Shown: piece by piece, positions 12,549 to 26,345 of the stretch
Layout of the letters: each line of letters starts with the position of its first letter
Numbering within the stretch: position 1 is the stretch's first letter
From: Octopus vulgaris
Taxonomy: Eukaryota
Length of the DNA stretch: 64,000 bases
Assembly (NCBI GenBank): GCA_951406725.2
Contig: OX597827.1
Location: 12,710,001 to 12,774,000, forward strand
Reading direction: 5' to 3'
Notes under the pieces: model-generated
Databases searched by the model: none
Seen by the model: the letters and a program-made list of their open reading frames with translations, nothing else
Told to the model about the DNA's origin: nothing
Position numbers and translations under genes: made by a program

Positions 12549-12974
12549 CATATTGTAGATAAAGGAACGTTTAAATTTTTTGGAACTGTGTTTAGTATGT
12601 TTCTTCAAAAGATTTCTGTTACTAAATCAAATGTAAAAGAAACAACTTAAGTGTTCCACAATAATTTTTAGACCTGATATTAATTTTGGCTTTAGTACAG
12701 TAAACATGGGACATATTGCACTCAAACACAAATCCATCTATTTATCTCTCTATATTAATATATCAATATATCTCTATCTACATCTCTCTATCTATATTTC
12801 TCTATCTATATCTCTCTATCTATTTCTATCTACCGATCTCTATCTTTCTCTCTTTTTCTCTCTCTCTTAGACCCAATATTAATTTTGGCTTTAGTACAGT
12901 AAACACCAAGTTACTACTGGTTTATAAACATGGGACATATAACACACAAATCCATCCATCTATCTATCTATCTA

Positions 12975-13023
<49 letters not shown>

Positions 13024-13162
13024 CTCTATCCAGCTCTCTATATCTATCTCTCTGTATCTAGCTATCTAAATCTTATCTATATCTAATTTGTCTGTCTAAC
13101 TAGCTAGCTCTCTCTCTCTCTTTCTCTCTCTCTCTTTCTCTCTCTCTCTTTCTCTCTCCCTC

Positions 13163-13944
13163 TCTATATATCTCACTCACTCTCTATTGTTTTCACTTTC
13201 ACTTTTCAGATGTTATTGTTTTAACTTTAAATTTCCAGACGCCATTGTTTCACTTTAAGTTCAATCTCTATTGTTTTTATTGTAAGTTTTCAATAGCTAT
13301 TTACAAACAACAACAAATTACTGACAGAAAGAAGTTCACAATTACTGATGTAAGTAATTTCATAATTTACTGACAGAAGTAACTTCATAAATTTTACTTC
13401 AATCTGTACACTTCATTAAATTTGCCTACAAATTTCTTATTTATTTTTGCAACAGTTTTGTGTATTTTTGTTGTTAACGGAATTACTAATTAGTTCATAA
13501 TTTACTGACAGAAGTAACTTCAAAAATTTCCCTCAAATCCGTACACTTAGTTAATTTTCCTAAAAATTTCTTATTTACTTTTGCAATGGTTTTTGTGTTT
13601 TTCTGTTGTGGACGGTTTTTTTTTTTTGGTTCCTTCGGTACTGGTTCTTTGCTTCACTGAGTGACAAATTTCACTTTAACCCATACAATTCTTTATTTTC
13701 TGTAAAAATGTCTTAAGTACTTTCTGCCTGTCATATTAAGAAACATAATTTTCATTTCCAAGTTAGAAAATTTTCTTTTAACATTTCACTTAACGTCTAT
13801 GTTCCATGCTGGCATGAGTTGGAGAATTATTAATGTAGAAAGATGGTGTCTCAGCTACTAGCAGTTGTGACCTGCATAATCTAGATGGTGTTTTTGAATT
13901 TCATTATTTTCTTTCACCCAGGAAATGCCGGGCATTTCTGCTAG
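13163..13944 (+). mobile_element. Non-autonomous Helitron, family H3, with internal subrepeats
   Basis: 3' end cccaggaaatgccgggcatttctgCTAG|t and internal repeats of ttactgacagaagtaacttca. The 5' boundary is uncertain. Confidence 0.6.
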
Positions 13945-14205
13945 TCTGAAAGAAAGCACCCTAAAAAAATCTTTGAGTTGTAATATTTTATGTTATTGGT
14001 TATGGCTAGTCAGAAACTGGACAGAAAAACTAGAAAGCTGTTGACAATGTATGGAGCCCATCATCTAAAAGCTAATATCAACTAGTTGTACATGAATTGA
14101 GACCTGGGGGAAGCTTAATTGCTGTGGTAGAGTGTGTACAGATGGAAAGAAAAAGCCTACTAGAATATTTACAAGACAACACAGAGGTTTACAAAACAAC
14201 ACATA

Positions 14206-14607
14206 GGTGCAGGAGTGGCTGTGTGGTAAGTAGCTTGCTTACCAACCACATGGCTCCGGGTTCAGTCCCACTGCGTGGCACCTTGGGCAAGTGTCTTCCA
14301 CTATAGCCTCGGGCTGACCAATGCCTTGTGAGTGGATTTGGTAGACGGAAACTTAAAAAGCCCATCGTATATATGTATATATATATATGTGTGTGTGTTT
14401 GTGTGTCTGTGTTTGTCCCCCTAGCATTGCTTGACAACCGATGCTGGTGTGTTTATGCCCCCGTCACTTAGCGGTTCGGCAAAAGAGACCGATAGAATAA
14501 GTACTGGGCTTACAAAGAATAAGCCCCGGTGTCGATTTGCTCGACTAAAGACAGTGCTCCAGCATGGCCGCAGTCAAATGATTGAAACAAGTAAAAGAGT
14601 AAAAGAG
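14206..14607 (+). mobile_element. SINE family A nested in the R4/Dong relic
   Basis: Full copy; LINE-like sequence resumes after it. Confidence 0.9.
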
Positions 14608-15255
14608 AGAAATTACTAAAGATACTGAATAAGGAGCAGGTGATTAAGTGTGGAATAGGAAAAAAGGACAAGGATGAAATTCAAAGAGAGCATGTTAAAG
14701 AGACTGAAGAGAAACCTTTGCATGGTCAGTTTTGGAATGCCATTGATGAGGTATGTGAAATAAGACCCTAGGCGTGCCTCAAAAAAGGGCAATTAAAAAA
14801 AGAAACAGAGAGCCTAATTATAACAGCTCCAGAACAAATGATGAAAACAGGCAACTTGAGAAAATATGCGTATTGGGAAAAGGTGTCTGAAAGATGTAGA
14901 GTCAGTGGAACTTGAAATGAGACATTGTTGCAGGATGTCCCAAGTTTGCACATGGAGAATATAAAAAGTGGAGGCATGTTCAAGTTGTGAAAGTTTTTAC
15001 CATGGAAGCTTTGTCAGAATTGGAGATTTGAAGCCAGAGGTATATGGTATTATCATCAGGTTGAATGCTGAAGTCAGAGAAATGCAAAATTTTGTGGGAT
15101 TATCCTATTCAGAGATAAGGAACTAGAAAAGAGACCAGATATAATAATAGGGGACAACGAAAAGAGAAGTGGCTTACTAACTGGTTCATCATGCCCGTTT
15201 GATTCCAGGATTGTAGAGAAAGAGGATGAAAAACAATATATATATATATATATAC

Positions 15256-15664
15256 ACACAAATATGAGAGAGAATCCACTATGTGGACGCTCTTACGCTA
15301 AAGATAGATCCACAAGGGTCTCAATCACTAAGAATTGTTCTCAAGAAAAATTTAGCACACTATGAATGTAAGCGAGCAGGACAAATTAAAAATAACAAAA
15401 ATATAGATTAACCCCATATTTTTGTTATTTTTCATTTGTCCTGCTCGCTTACATTCATAGTGTGCTAAATTTTTTCTTGAGAACAATTCTTAGTGGTTGA
15501 GACCCTTGCGGATCTATCTTTAACGTTAGAGCGTCCACATAGTGGATTCTCTTTCATATTTGTGTATTAATAATATTTACTGAATCTCAGTCTTTTATGC
15601 ACTAGACCACTGGTGTTAAATTGATGTTATTAAATTAATATCCAAATTTTTCACCCTCATTTTG

Positions 15665-15668
<4 letters not shown>
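15256..15668. mobile_element. Fold-back element (about 149-bp arms, 11-nt loop) in (TA)n inside the LINE relic
   Basis: 15256-15404 is the reverse complement of 15416-15565, with about 6 substitutions and 1 indel. Confidence 0.85.
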
Positions 15669-15704
<36 letters not shown>

Positions 15705-16758
15705 CCCTAAAAATTTGAAATTGCAAGAATTTGGAGCATGAAAACTGTAAAAGTTATGCCTGTAATAATTGGTGCATTGGGAAGTGTAAGTAAAGCTATA
15801 GACAAATAGTTGGAGGAGATTGGAATAGAATGTCCTGTAGAGCTTCTCCAGAAAGTTTGCCTTTTAAGGACAGGAACGATTATGAGGAAGGTTTTAAGCC
15901 CTTGAAAGATTACTGAAATCTTGTGGATACCTAAGGTTGCCAGTAGTAGCCTACTGCCAACATGAAATCTACCAGGAATAAGAATGAACCTGGGTGAAAT
16001 CATCAATAATGATAATAATCCTTTCTACTGTAAGCACAAGGCCAGAAATTTGTGGGAGGTGATAAGTCAATTCTATTGACCCCAGTACCTAACTGGTACT
16101 TACTTTATCAACCCCTCCCCCACAAAAAAAAATGAAAGGCAATAATAATAATTTAAGTTCGTGGCCAGGAATTTTCAAGGCAGGAGGTTAGTTCTGCAAG
16201 TAATTTCTTCTGATACTCTATTTATTCGAGGGGGAGGGACACGGGGGGCGGGGGCGGAGTGGCAGCAGCAGTAGTAGCAGTAACAGCAAATGACCTGTCA
16301 ACATTTTGCACACAATATCAGACTTCACATTTTTGTTTGTTTTTGTTTTTGTTTTTCCAGTTTCAGCTCTTGAGCTGTGGCCATGCTGGGGCACCGCCAT
16401 TGTGGTGAAAGAGTACAGCAGGGATCACCACCCCCTGCCAGAGCCTCGTAGAGCTTTTAGGTGTTTTCGCTCAATAAACACACACAACACCCAGTCTGAG
16501 AATCGAAACCTCGATCCTGCGACCGCGAGTCCGCTGCCCTAACCACTAGGCCATTGCGCCTCTACATAATACATTATGTTTTAACTAATTTTAAATTTTA
16601 TCTCCAGAGTTGCAAGAATATTTCAAGCTCATCAGAGTTCTTAATTAATACCATAAATTCATCGGAGCTTTGATGTATCTGATTGAGGTGGGTATATAAA
16701 GCACCTAAGGAATATTTGGCATTTGACTATGATCTCTTTATTGTTAACTTCTTCAGTC

Positions 16759-17178
16759 ATACTCTTTACTTTTTTACTCTTTTACTTGTTCCAGTCATTT
16801 GACTGCGGCCATGCTGGAGCACCGCCTTTAGTCGAGCAACTCAACCCCGGGACTTATTCTTTGTAAGCCCAGTACTTATTCTATCGGTCTCTTTTTGCCG
16901 AACCGCTAAGTTACGGGGATGTAAACACACTAGCATCGGTTGTCAAGCAATGCCAGGGGAACAAACACAGACACACAAACACACACACGCATATATATAT
17001 ATATATATACATATATACGACAGGCTTCTTTCAGTTTCCGTCTATCAAATCCACTCACAAGGCATTGGTCAGCCCAAGGCTATAGCAGAAGACACTTGCC
17101 CAAGATGCCACGCAGTGGGACTGAACCCGGAACCATGTGGCTGGTTAGCAAGCTACTTACCACACAGCCACTCCTGCG
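16759..17178 (-). mobile_element. SINE family A
   Basis: Full copy. Confidence 0.9.
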
Positions 17179-17207
17179 TCATGTTAATATTCTATATACA
17201 TATGTGT

Positions 17208-17573
17208 GAGGAAGCACCCCGTTGGTTACGACGATGAGGGTTCCGGTTGATCCGAATCAACAGAACAGCCTGCTCATGAAATTAACGTGTAAGTGGCTGA
17301 GCACTCCACGTAGTTCTCGGGGATATTCAGTGTGACACAGAGAGTGACAAGGCCGGCCCTTTGAAATACAGGTACAATAGAAACAGGAAGTAAGAGTGAG
17401 AGAAAGTTGTGGTGAAAGAGTACAGCAGGGATCGCCACCACCCTCTGCTGGAGCCTCGTGGAGCTTTAGGTGTTTTCACTCAATAAACACTCACAACACC
17501 CGGTCTGGGAATCGAAACCGCGATCCTATGACCGTGAGCCCGCTGCCCTAACCACTGGGCCATTGCGTCTCCA
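17208..17573 (-). mobile_element. tRNA-derived SINE family C, near full length
   Basis: Minus-strand head gacgcaatggcccagtggttagggcagcgg...ggtttcgattccc has A and B boxes. Related pieces at 16400, 21470 and 59203. Confidence 0.8.
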
Positions 17574-17805
17574 CCTATATACATATATATACATATATAT
17601 ACATATATATATATATATGTTGCTGCTGCTGCTGCTGCTGCTGTGCTAAGCAATATATCACCCCCAGCACCACTTAAAGGGACTCCTTCAGATCTAAATA
17701 GCTACCTGTGGTTTGATAAATGTTCCATATGCATCACAACAGCTAGATGTCTGTTACTGTTTCTTCAGACAGATTAAATATAATGTATGAATAAGCAACC
17801 CTATC

Positions 17806-17848
<43 letters not shown>

Positions 17849-19298
17849 TCTTCTTCTTTCTCTGAATGCATAATATTAAATGCACAACACTGCGCAATTC
17901 TTTGTGTTAAGACATGGCATTTTATCATTATAGAGGATTTACTGGAATCTAAATGGAAAATTACCAAACTGTGCAAAATTTGATTCCTCTGTCTTTCTCC
18001 AGTAGAAATTTCTGTAGGTTATAGATTTACTTCTGTTTCATTGATCTGATAATAAAACACAAAATATGTTATGGCGGTCTCAATCATTAATGGCAATCTA
18101 TAGCATAATCTGCACACACAGTTAAGTCAGTCTGTAGACTGTCATGGCAGAATTCAGTAAATCTCTTCAGATAGTAATGATAGTCTACAATAAATCTTTC
18201 CCTCTCTGCCATTCACTCCTACTCGTTCCTTCCCTCTCTCTCCCTTCCACTCTATATCTCAAAAATGGACTTCCATTGTTAGTGATCAACATTGGAAATC
18301 TTACATTGTAAGTAATTACTTAAAATACGTTATTATTGCCATTATTAAAGCATTTGACTTACCAGTTTCCAAAGTTATCAGATTTGAAAGACATTATAGA
18401 ACAATGTTCTTTTCTTTATATTCACTTGACTATAAATTAAAACTAAAATTTCATTAACTTTTTGAACTGTGGAATTTCTCCAAATGACATTAATCAACAA
18501 ATTAATGTGTTAATATTTGAATGAAATTTAACGACTTTAGAGAAACACAGTGCCACAGAATTAAGTGGAATGGAAATAATAATTTCAGATCTTGAACAGT
18601 TAAAAAGACATTACTTTACAATAATCAAGAAAATACCTAGAGGTGGCATTCGGGATATGAAAGCCTACGGCTGTCATTTGAATTATAAAAACAATTAATA
18701 TTGAGTACTAATGTACTTAATGTATTGCGCCCTGAAATTTTAATTATCAATTGAGTCTTGTTCATAGACACAAAACAAGAAGTTTGGCAATAGAGGAGTT
18801 GGTCAATTCAGTTAACCTTAGAACTCAACTGGTAGTTTTACTTTAATGATGTTCCAGGAGGATGAAAGGCAAAGGTGGCCACAGCAGAATTTGAACAAAT
18901 GTAACAAAGTGCTTTGTTTCAAGAATTACTAATTCTGGTAATCCACTCTCCTTTAACTGAGCGATAATAAACCAAAATTTGAAAAAGTCAATCATTATCT
19001 TAATGGTCAACAAATTCTGGTCAACAAATACAAGGCATTACTACTAGTTCACTGCCTTCACCTACTTAATAATGAGTAAGCTATTTTACTAAATTCTTCC
19101 TTATTTTAAAAATTAGTTGAAACAAATCAGTACATGTCAACAGAATTATGGTAACAGAATTATGATAATCTCTGCAAAAGATTAAGATTATCACCCAAGG
19201 ACTAGAACAGTTCCATGAACAAGTCTCACCAACATTCTTCAGCTCAAAGCCAGAGAGCAAGCAGCACAGTGGAATTGATTGAGTTCAAAGCCATAGAG

Positions 19299-20361
19299 AA
19301 GTGGTTCCCAATCATTTTTTACGTATGTGTCCCTTTGATTCCTAATTCTACTCTGGTGGACCCCTCAATGGTCATTTTATGTTTAACACTTATTTATCCA
19401 TGTTATTTTCAATTAATTAGGCATTATTATCTCATAGCTTCAAGATTTTGATGATGTGATGGTTTATGTCTAGAGTGACATTGTAGGGCAGGTGTGATAG
19501 GCCAGATCTGGCCAGTTTGAGCATAAAAGCAGATTAAATATTTGGGCCAGATATGGCCTGTTTGAATACTAAAGGGTTAAAATAGTACTGTTATATTTTT
19601 ATGGCTAAATATCAAGAGGAACTGTAGGAAAAAAATCATTAAAATATTTGTTTATTCATCATCCTCCTCCTCATCATCATCATTTAACGTTCGCTTTCCA
19701 TGCTAGTATGGGTTGGACGATTTGACTGAGGACTGGCGAACCAGATGGCTGCACCAGACTCCAATCTGATCTGGCAGAGTTTCTACAGCTGGATGCCCTT
19801 CCCAATGCCAGCCACTCCGAGAGTGTAGTGGGTGCTTTTGCATTCCACCAGCACAAGGGCCATCAAGCAGTACTGGCAACAGCCACGCTCAATGGTGCTT
19901 TTTATGTGTCACCTGCACAGGAGTCAGTTCAGTGGCACTGGCAGCGACCTCGCTCGAATGTTTTGTTCACGTACCAGTGAGGCGGTGCTGGTAATGATCA
20001 CACTCAGTGTCGCCTTAGAAGCATAGTCATTTTATTGCACATAAATTTCAACAGCAAAATCTGATATATATTTCTTTACTACCCACAAGGGGCTAAACGT
20101 AGAGGGGACAAACAAAGACAGACAAAGGGATTAAGTCGATTATATGATTATATTGACCCCAGTACGCAACTGGTACTTTATTTATCGACCCCGAAAGGAT
20201 GAAAGGCAAAGTCGACCTCGGCGTAATTTGAACTCAGAATGTAACGACAGACGAAATACCGCTAAGCGTTTTGCCCGGCGTGCTAACGTTTCTGCCAGCT
20301 CGCCGCAAAATCTGATATAGACCCCCACAAGGGCCAAATGGTCCCCAGTTGAGAACCACTG
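19299..20361. mobile_element. hAT-type MITE carrying three nested insertions
   Basis: TIRs (a)agtggttccca / ttgagaaccactg and 8-bp TSD ccatagag / tcatagag. Confidence 0.75.
20071..20304 (-). mobile_element. SINE family B
   Basis: Flanking direct repeat gcaaaatctgatata at 20054 and 20305. Confidence 0.9.
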
Positions 20362-20763
20362 TCATAGAGTTACAAAGTGAACCAAACCAAACCAAACCAA
20401 ACAGCTCTGCCAACTGTTGTTGTTATTGAGATAAACATAATAATAAAGTAATAAAGTGGTCATAGATTATATAAGATCAGAGCAATGATCAGTCAAATCA
20501 GATATCGGCATAGAGGTCAGCGAGATCACAGAGCTGGCGTGTGAACTCAAAGGCAGACAAACAGAATATAACTATAACGTAGTGACTTCAAAAATGATAA
20601 ATTAACATGCCAGCAGTTAGATCAGATATTCAATCACCATGATCAAGGTAAATGGTGATATTAACGTTAGTGTCAGTGGTCCATTTGCTGTCAATGCAGC
20701 ACCAGCTTGTGTAGGATTTCTTCTTCTGACACTCTCTGTGGCTGATCTGAGTTCAAATCTTGC

Positions 20764-21105
20764 TCTTTACTCTTTTTTCTCTTTTTACTCTTTTTACTTG
20801 TTTCAGTCATTTGACTGCGGCCATGCTGGAGCACCGCCTTTAGTCGAGCAAATCGACCCCAGGACTTGACTTATTCTTTTGTAAGCCCAGTACTTATTCT
20901 ATCGGTCTCTTTTTGCCGAACCGCTAAGTGACGGGGACGTAAACACACCAGCATCGGTTGTCAAGCAATGTTAGGAGGACAAACACAGACACACAAACAC
21001 ACATATATGTATATACATACATATATACGAAGGGCTTCTTTCAGTTTCCGTCTACCAAATCCACTCACAAGGCTTTGGTTGGCCCGAGGCTATAGTAGAA
21101 GACAC
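20764..21105 (-). mobile_element. SINE family A, head missing
   Basis: Homology to full copies. Confidence 0.85.
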
Positions 21106-21225
21106 TCTGCTCTGCTCAATTTTTGTTTAGGTTTGTCTTTCATCTACCTAAAAAGTTAATAAAGCACCAGTCCAAGTTAATAAAGTTAATAAAGCTCCAC
21201 TCAAGGACCAAGGCTGGTTCTTGCC

Positions 21226-21467
21226 CTCCTCCTCCTCTTCCTCCTCCCCTTCAGCCACAACAACCACCACCACCACTTCCACCTTCTCTGCCTCCTCCAC
21301 CTCCTCACCACCACCACTACCACCACGATCACCACCTTCTCCTCCACTTCCTCCCTCTCCACATCTTCATCATCATCAACCCCCTCCTCCTCCTCCTCAT
21401 CATCATCATCATCAGCAGCAGCAGCAGCAATAGTAATCCTCATCTCCTCCTCCTTCCTCCTCCTCCT
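21226..21467. repeat. (CCT/CCA/CAT/CAG)n compound microsatellite
   Basis: Read directly. Confidence 0.9.
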
Positions 21468-21885
21468 TAGGTGTTTTGCTCATAAACTCACACGTCACCC
21501 GATTTGAGATTCGAACCCGTGATCCCTCAGCTGCAAGTCCGCTGCTCTAACCACTAGGTCATGTGCCTCCACGATAGAATAAGTACCAAACTAAAAAAAG
21601 AAAAAACAAAACAAAAAAGACAAAAACAAGTACTGAGGTCGATGAGTTTGACTAAAATCTTTCAAGGTGGTTCTTCAGCTTGAAGGTGGCTTAGTGCTTA
21701 AGGTGCTGAACTCATAATTGTGGTTTTGGTTCTTGGACCAAATGATATGTTGTGTTGTTGAATAGAACACTTCATTTCATATTGCTCCAGTCCACTCAGC
21801 TTGTAAAAATGAGTATTCCTGTGACAGACTGGCTTTCCATCCAGGTGAGGAATATATACACCATGGAACCAGAAAATTGGCCCTT

Positions 21886-22280
21886 CATCATCATCATCAT
21901 CATCGTTTAACGTCCGTTCTCCATGCTAGCATAGGTTGGATGGTTCGACCGGGGATCTGGGAAGCCAGAAGGCTGCACCAGGCTCCGGTCTTATCTGGCA
22001 ATGTTTCTACAGCTGGATGCCCTTCCTAACGCCAACCACTCCGTGAGTGTAGTGGGTGCTTTTTACGTGCCACCTGCACTGGTGCCAGGCGAGGCTGGCA
22101 TCAGCCACGGTCGGATTGGTGCATTTTACGTGCCACCTGCACTGGTGTCAGGCAAGGCTGGCATCGGCCACGGTCGGATTGGTGCATTTTACGTGCCACT
22201 GGCACGGAAGCCAGTCGAGGCGGCACTGGCTTCGGCCACGATTCAGATGGTGCTTTTTACATGCCACCGACACGGAAGCC
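21886..22280 (-). mobile_element. Family D element with internal tandem units of about 60 bp
   Basis: Units ggtgc(a/t)ttttacgtgccacctgcactggtg...ccacggtcggatt occur 3-4 times. Confidence 0.75.
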
Positions 22281-22484
22281 CTTATGAGTGAATATTACTT
22301 GAGAAGGTAACTTTATTTTACCAAGCTTGAGAAGGTAACTTTAACTTTACTTTACCCAGCTTGGCTACGTTTCAATGACTGAACCAAGTAAAAGTTATAA
22401 ATCATAATATTGGTTACTATAAAGATACTCCTGGGGTAACACACTATGTACTTAGACGCATTGTTCTGCTACTTCAATGTGTAA

Positions 22485-22880
22485 TCTTTATATATAAAAG
22501 AGATGTTGTGTGTCTGTCTCCTACGATTTAGATTCCTAACTACTCCCACATTTTGCGGTGCAGTTTAACCAAAACCGGGTATCTTATAGTCGTGATTCAT
22601 ATCGAGCCCTTCTGGGTATTAGCGTGCTCTACGATGAGTCTACTATTTAAAAAAAATTTACCATCATTTTTTTCCATTTTGATGCATTTTTTTCGCTATT
22701 ATATAAGGGAAGTAACTCTCTAAAAATGTCTACGATGAGTCAACGATTTAAAAAAAAATTTACCATCATTTTTTTCCATTTTTAATGCATTTTTTTGCTA
22801 TTTTTTGGCTATAACCCTCTAAAAATGCTTATATAGTTATTTCCCTTACAAACCCAAGCAACGCCGGGCAATACTGCTAG
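22485..22880 (+). mobile_element. Non-autonomous Helitron H1, complete
   Basis: a|TC...CTAG|t termini and 3' hairpin. Confidence 0.92.
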
Positions 22881-23775
22881 TATTATATAGTTTTAAAATT
22901 TGATATATTTTAAGGTTGTGAAGCGAGAGCAATGAAAGCAAAATATTCTTATTCAGCTTAGGAAAGAACAAATTACGTTGTCATTTACTAGCTACATAAT
23001 GTGAAATGGAATGAAAATTTTAAGTGCTGACCTGCTGAGAAAGATTCAAGGTATCAGAAATAGATGAAATAGTTTTAAAACGTACGGAGAAAGGATGACG
23101 AATTACTGTGAATTCATGTTTAATGATAGACAGAACAAAGATATTCAAAGGAAGATGTAGTAACATTAATGATGATTATCATTACAATGGAAAATGGAAA
23201 AGCTACTCAGGGCAAATAAGTGTGCTGTGTGTTAATCTCATGAAACTGGATACACAGATCTATGGTAAAGTTATATAGACATGATGATGAATGATACACG
23301 AATGCATTTGTGTCTGCAGCTAAGTTAAAACTAATGCATATATTTTTAAGAAGAAACGTCTGTTTTATTCATTTGGAATTGACAATAGGTTTTATGTAAT
23401 TTTATGAATACGTCAATGAATAAGTTAGCGTTCATCAAAATAAATTTAATCTGACAAATGGAAAAACATTTTCATTGCTTTTGAATGTTTGGTAAATGCC
23501 TTATGATTGATTGATTGATTCTAGTTTCAGCTCACGAGCTGTGGCCATGCTGGGGCACCGCCATTATAGGTTGTTTTTTTTTTTTCTTTTTGTTCATTTC
23601 CATCTTGTTCTGTTTTCAGTTTTTACCTTCCTTGGTCCAGGTTTGCTTTCCATGCTACTAGTATCACTTAAGCAAACATTAGTAGGATATTGTAAATTAA
23701 AAAAAAAAATTTGTGTTATATTGGCTTAGTCCAGAGGAATGGACAATTCCATAGCCTTTTAAAACCTTTTTTTTT

Positions 23776-23980
23776 TACTCTTTTACTTATTTCAGTCATT
23801 TGACTGCGGCCATGCTGGAGCACCGCCTTTAATCGAGCAACTCGACCCCGGGACTTATTCTTTTGTAAGCCCAGTACTTATTCTATCGGTCTCTTTTTGC
23901 CGAACCGCTAAGTGACGGGAACGTAAACACACCAAGCAATGCTAGGGGGACAAACACAGACACACAAACACACACATACA

Positions 23981-24027
<47 letters not shown>

Positions 24028-24191
24028 TACGACAGGCTTCTTTCAGTTTCCGTCTACCAAATCCACTCACAAGGCATTGGTCGGCCCGGGGCTATAGTAG
24101 AAGACATCTGCCCAAGGTGCCACGCAGTGGGACTGAACCGGAACCATGTGGTCGGTAAACAAGCTACTTACCACACAGCCACTCCTGCGCC
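23776..24191 (-). mobile_element. SINE family A
   Basis: Near-full copy. Confidence 0.9.
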
Positions 24192-24622
24192 TGTTCATTT
24201 TAATAATATATCTTTTCATCATTCTTACAAATGTTGGTTTTGTTTACAAGAAAGAATCGTTAACACACCTGACAAAATGTTTAGCAATAATTTCACCTGT
24301 CTTTACTTTCTGAGTCCAAATTCCACCAAGATTGAATTTATCTTTTGTCCTTTCAAGGTTAACAAAATAAGTACCAGTCAAAAACTGGAATCAATCTAAT
24401 TGACTAAAAACCTCTTATTTAATTTCACGCCTTGTGCTTATAGCGTTACCAAGTAAAAGGTTTACCAAATAAAGCAATGAGCTTGCAGAATCATGAGCAC
24501 CGCAGACAAAATGCCTCACTGCTTTTCGTCTGTCTTTGCATTCCGAGTTCGAATTCTGCTGAGGTCAACTTCGCCTTTCGTTTTTCAGGGTTGATAAAAT
24601 AAATACCAGCTGATCATTCATG

Positions 24623-25103
24623 TTAACCCTTTCATCACTGTATTTATTTTGAGATGCTCTGTGTTTCTTTCAATTATTTTAAATATAACAAAGAATTTAG
24701 TAAAATAACTTAGTTATCATTATTAAATCTCAGAACAGATGTAAACAGTAATCGCTTGACAATGTAAAGTATAAAAGCCATCTCAATATGGCTAACCACA
24801 AAGGGGGGTGTTACTGTAGCTTTTTAGCCCTAGGGCAAATACCTTAAGGGCACAGAAATTGTGTCTAAAGCCAGCTGGAGACGATGATCTCCTGGGGCTA
24901 AAAAGCTACAGTAACACCCCCCTTTGTGGTTAGCCATATTGAGATGGCTTTTATACTTAACTTAGTTATCATTAAGCTAGTATTAGGAATATAAATTGCG
25001 ACTAAGGTTTGGTGGTATATTTTGATGCAAAACTTATGAAAACAAGACATTTGTACTACAGAGCCAGAGCCGGTTTTGGCCGGGTTGGTAACGAAAGGGT
25101 TAA
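24623..25103. mobile_element. piggyBac-like MITE (TTAA, CCCTTT termini) with a nested insertion
   Basis: ttaaccctttc ... gaaagggttaa. An uninterrupted copy lies at 45606-45833 in the opposite orientation. Confidence 0.8.
24723..24957. mobile_element. Fold-back insertion (about 70-bp arms) flanked by a 17-bp direct repeat
   Basis: taacttagttatcatta occurs on both sides and only once in the empty MITE copy. Arms are aagtataaaagccatctcaatatggctaaccacaaagggggg...tttttagccc and its reverse complement. Confidence 0.8.
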
Positions 25104-25645
25104 TTTAATCACCTAGAACCTCCCCTAAATTTTCAGAGCTTGTGCCTATAATGGAAAAGATTATTATAGTTACAAAATAGCAAAATAATTGTCGTCTGCT
25201 TTGATTCAGTTTAACACTGATTAGCTGTGTATTGACCACATGTTTTTAGTGTAAAACGGTCAGTTTTTTTCTTTTTTTTTTTTTTTTTTAGACATCAGTG
25301 ACAGCAGAAGATTTCTAGTTGTGAATTATAACAGACATTTCTGTAAAACAACACAGTTAATGTGTGATGGATATTTTTCTCTTTCCTTTTGAAAGGCTTT
25401 TACAGAAAGGAAATTGTTTAGTTTGTTTTTCAATTTCTCTGCTTCTTCTGATGGAAAACTCACATTATTTTAACATTTTTAGCAGTTTATGTACACTGGC
25501 AATGTAAATGAAATTTTAATTGGAACCATACTCACATTCACCCACAACCTCCACCCATACCTCTTTCACTCTCATACACTTATCCTTCTAACTATCTTTC
25601 CTCTTTCTCACACAGACACACATGCATAAGGCTATATTTTCATAT

Positions 25646-25649
<4 letters not shown>

Positions 25650-25680
<31 letters not shown>

Positions 25681-26150
25681 TGTGTGTATATATACACATG
25701 CATATATATATATATACATATACATATATGAATACATGTATATATATATAATGTACACATACACACACATATATATATATACACTCATACATATACATAT
25801 ATGAATACATATATATACATATATATATATGTACCCACACACACACATATATATATATACTCATACACATTTATATATATACATATACATATATGAATAC
25901 ATGTATATATAAATATATGTACACACACACACACATATATATACTCATACACATATATATATACATATATGAATACATGTATATATGTACACACACACAT
26001 ATATATATATACACTCATACACATTTATATATATACATATACATATATGAATACATGTATATATATATATATATATGTACACACACTCATATATATATAT
26101 ATATATATATATACTCATACACACATATATATATACATATACATATATGA

Positions 26151-26189
<39 letters not shown>

Positions 26190-26281
26190 CACACACACAC
26201 ACATATATATATATACACTCATACACATTTATATATACAGTATACATATATGAATACATGTATATATATATATATATATGT

Positions 26282-26314
<33 letters not shown>

Positions 26315-26345
26315 CACTCATACACATATATATATATACATATAA
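25650..26345. repeat. Higher-order TA/CA minisatellite
   Basis: Anchors tatgaatacatgta and actcatacac recur with variable (TA)n/(CA)n spacers. Confidence 0.85.

Larger units (their letters stand above)
13990..16020 (+). mobile_element. R4/Dong-clade non-LTR retrotransposon 3' relic, interrupted twice
   Basis: RKLLTMYGAHH, KPLHGQFW, LKKGQLKKETESLI, CRV..AGCP zinc-knuckle remnant, KRPDIII restriction-like endonuclease and VMPVIIGALG..LLQKVCLL, then a (TAA)-like tail. Confidence 0.88.

Noticed and set aside
16605-16640. Minus-strand CTGATGA-gctt-GAAA
   Set aside because: Core words are present, but stems I and III do not pair convincingly.
21886-22280. Regularly spaced repeats resembling a CRISPR array
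   Set aside because: Whole units are duplicated, there are no unique spacers or cas genes, and the context is eukaryotic.
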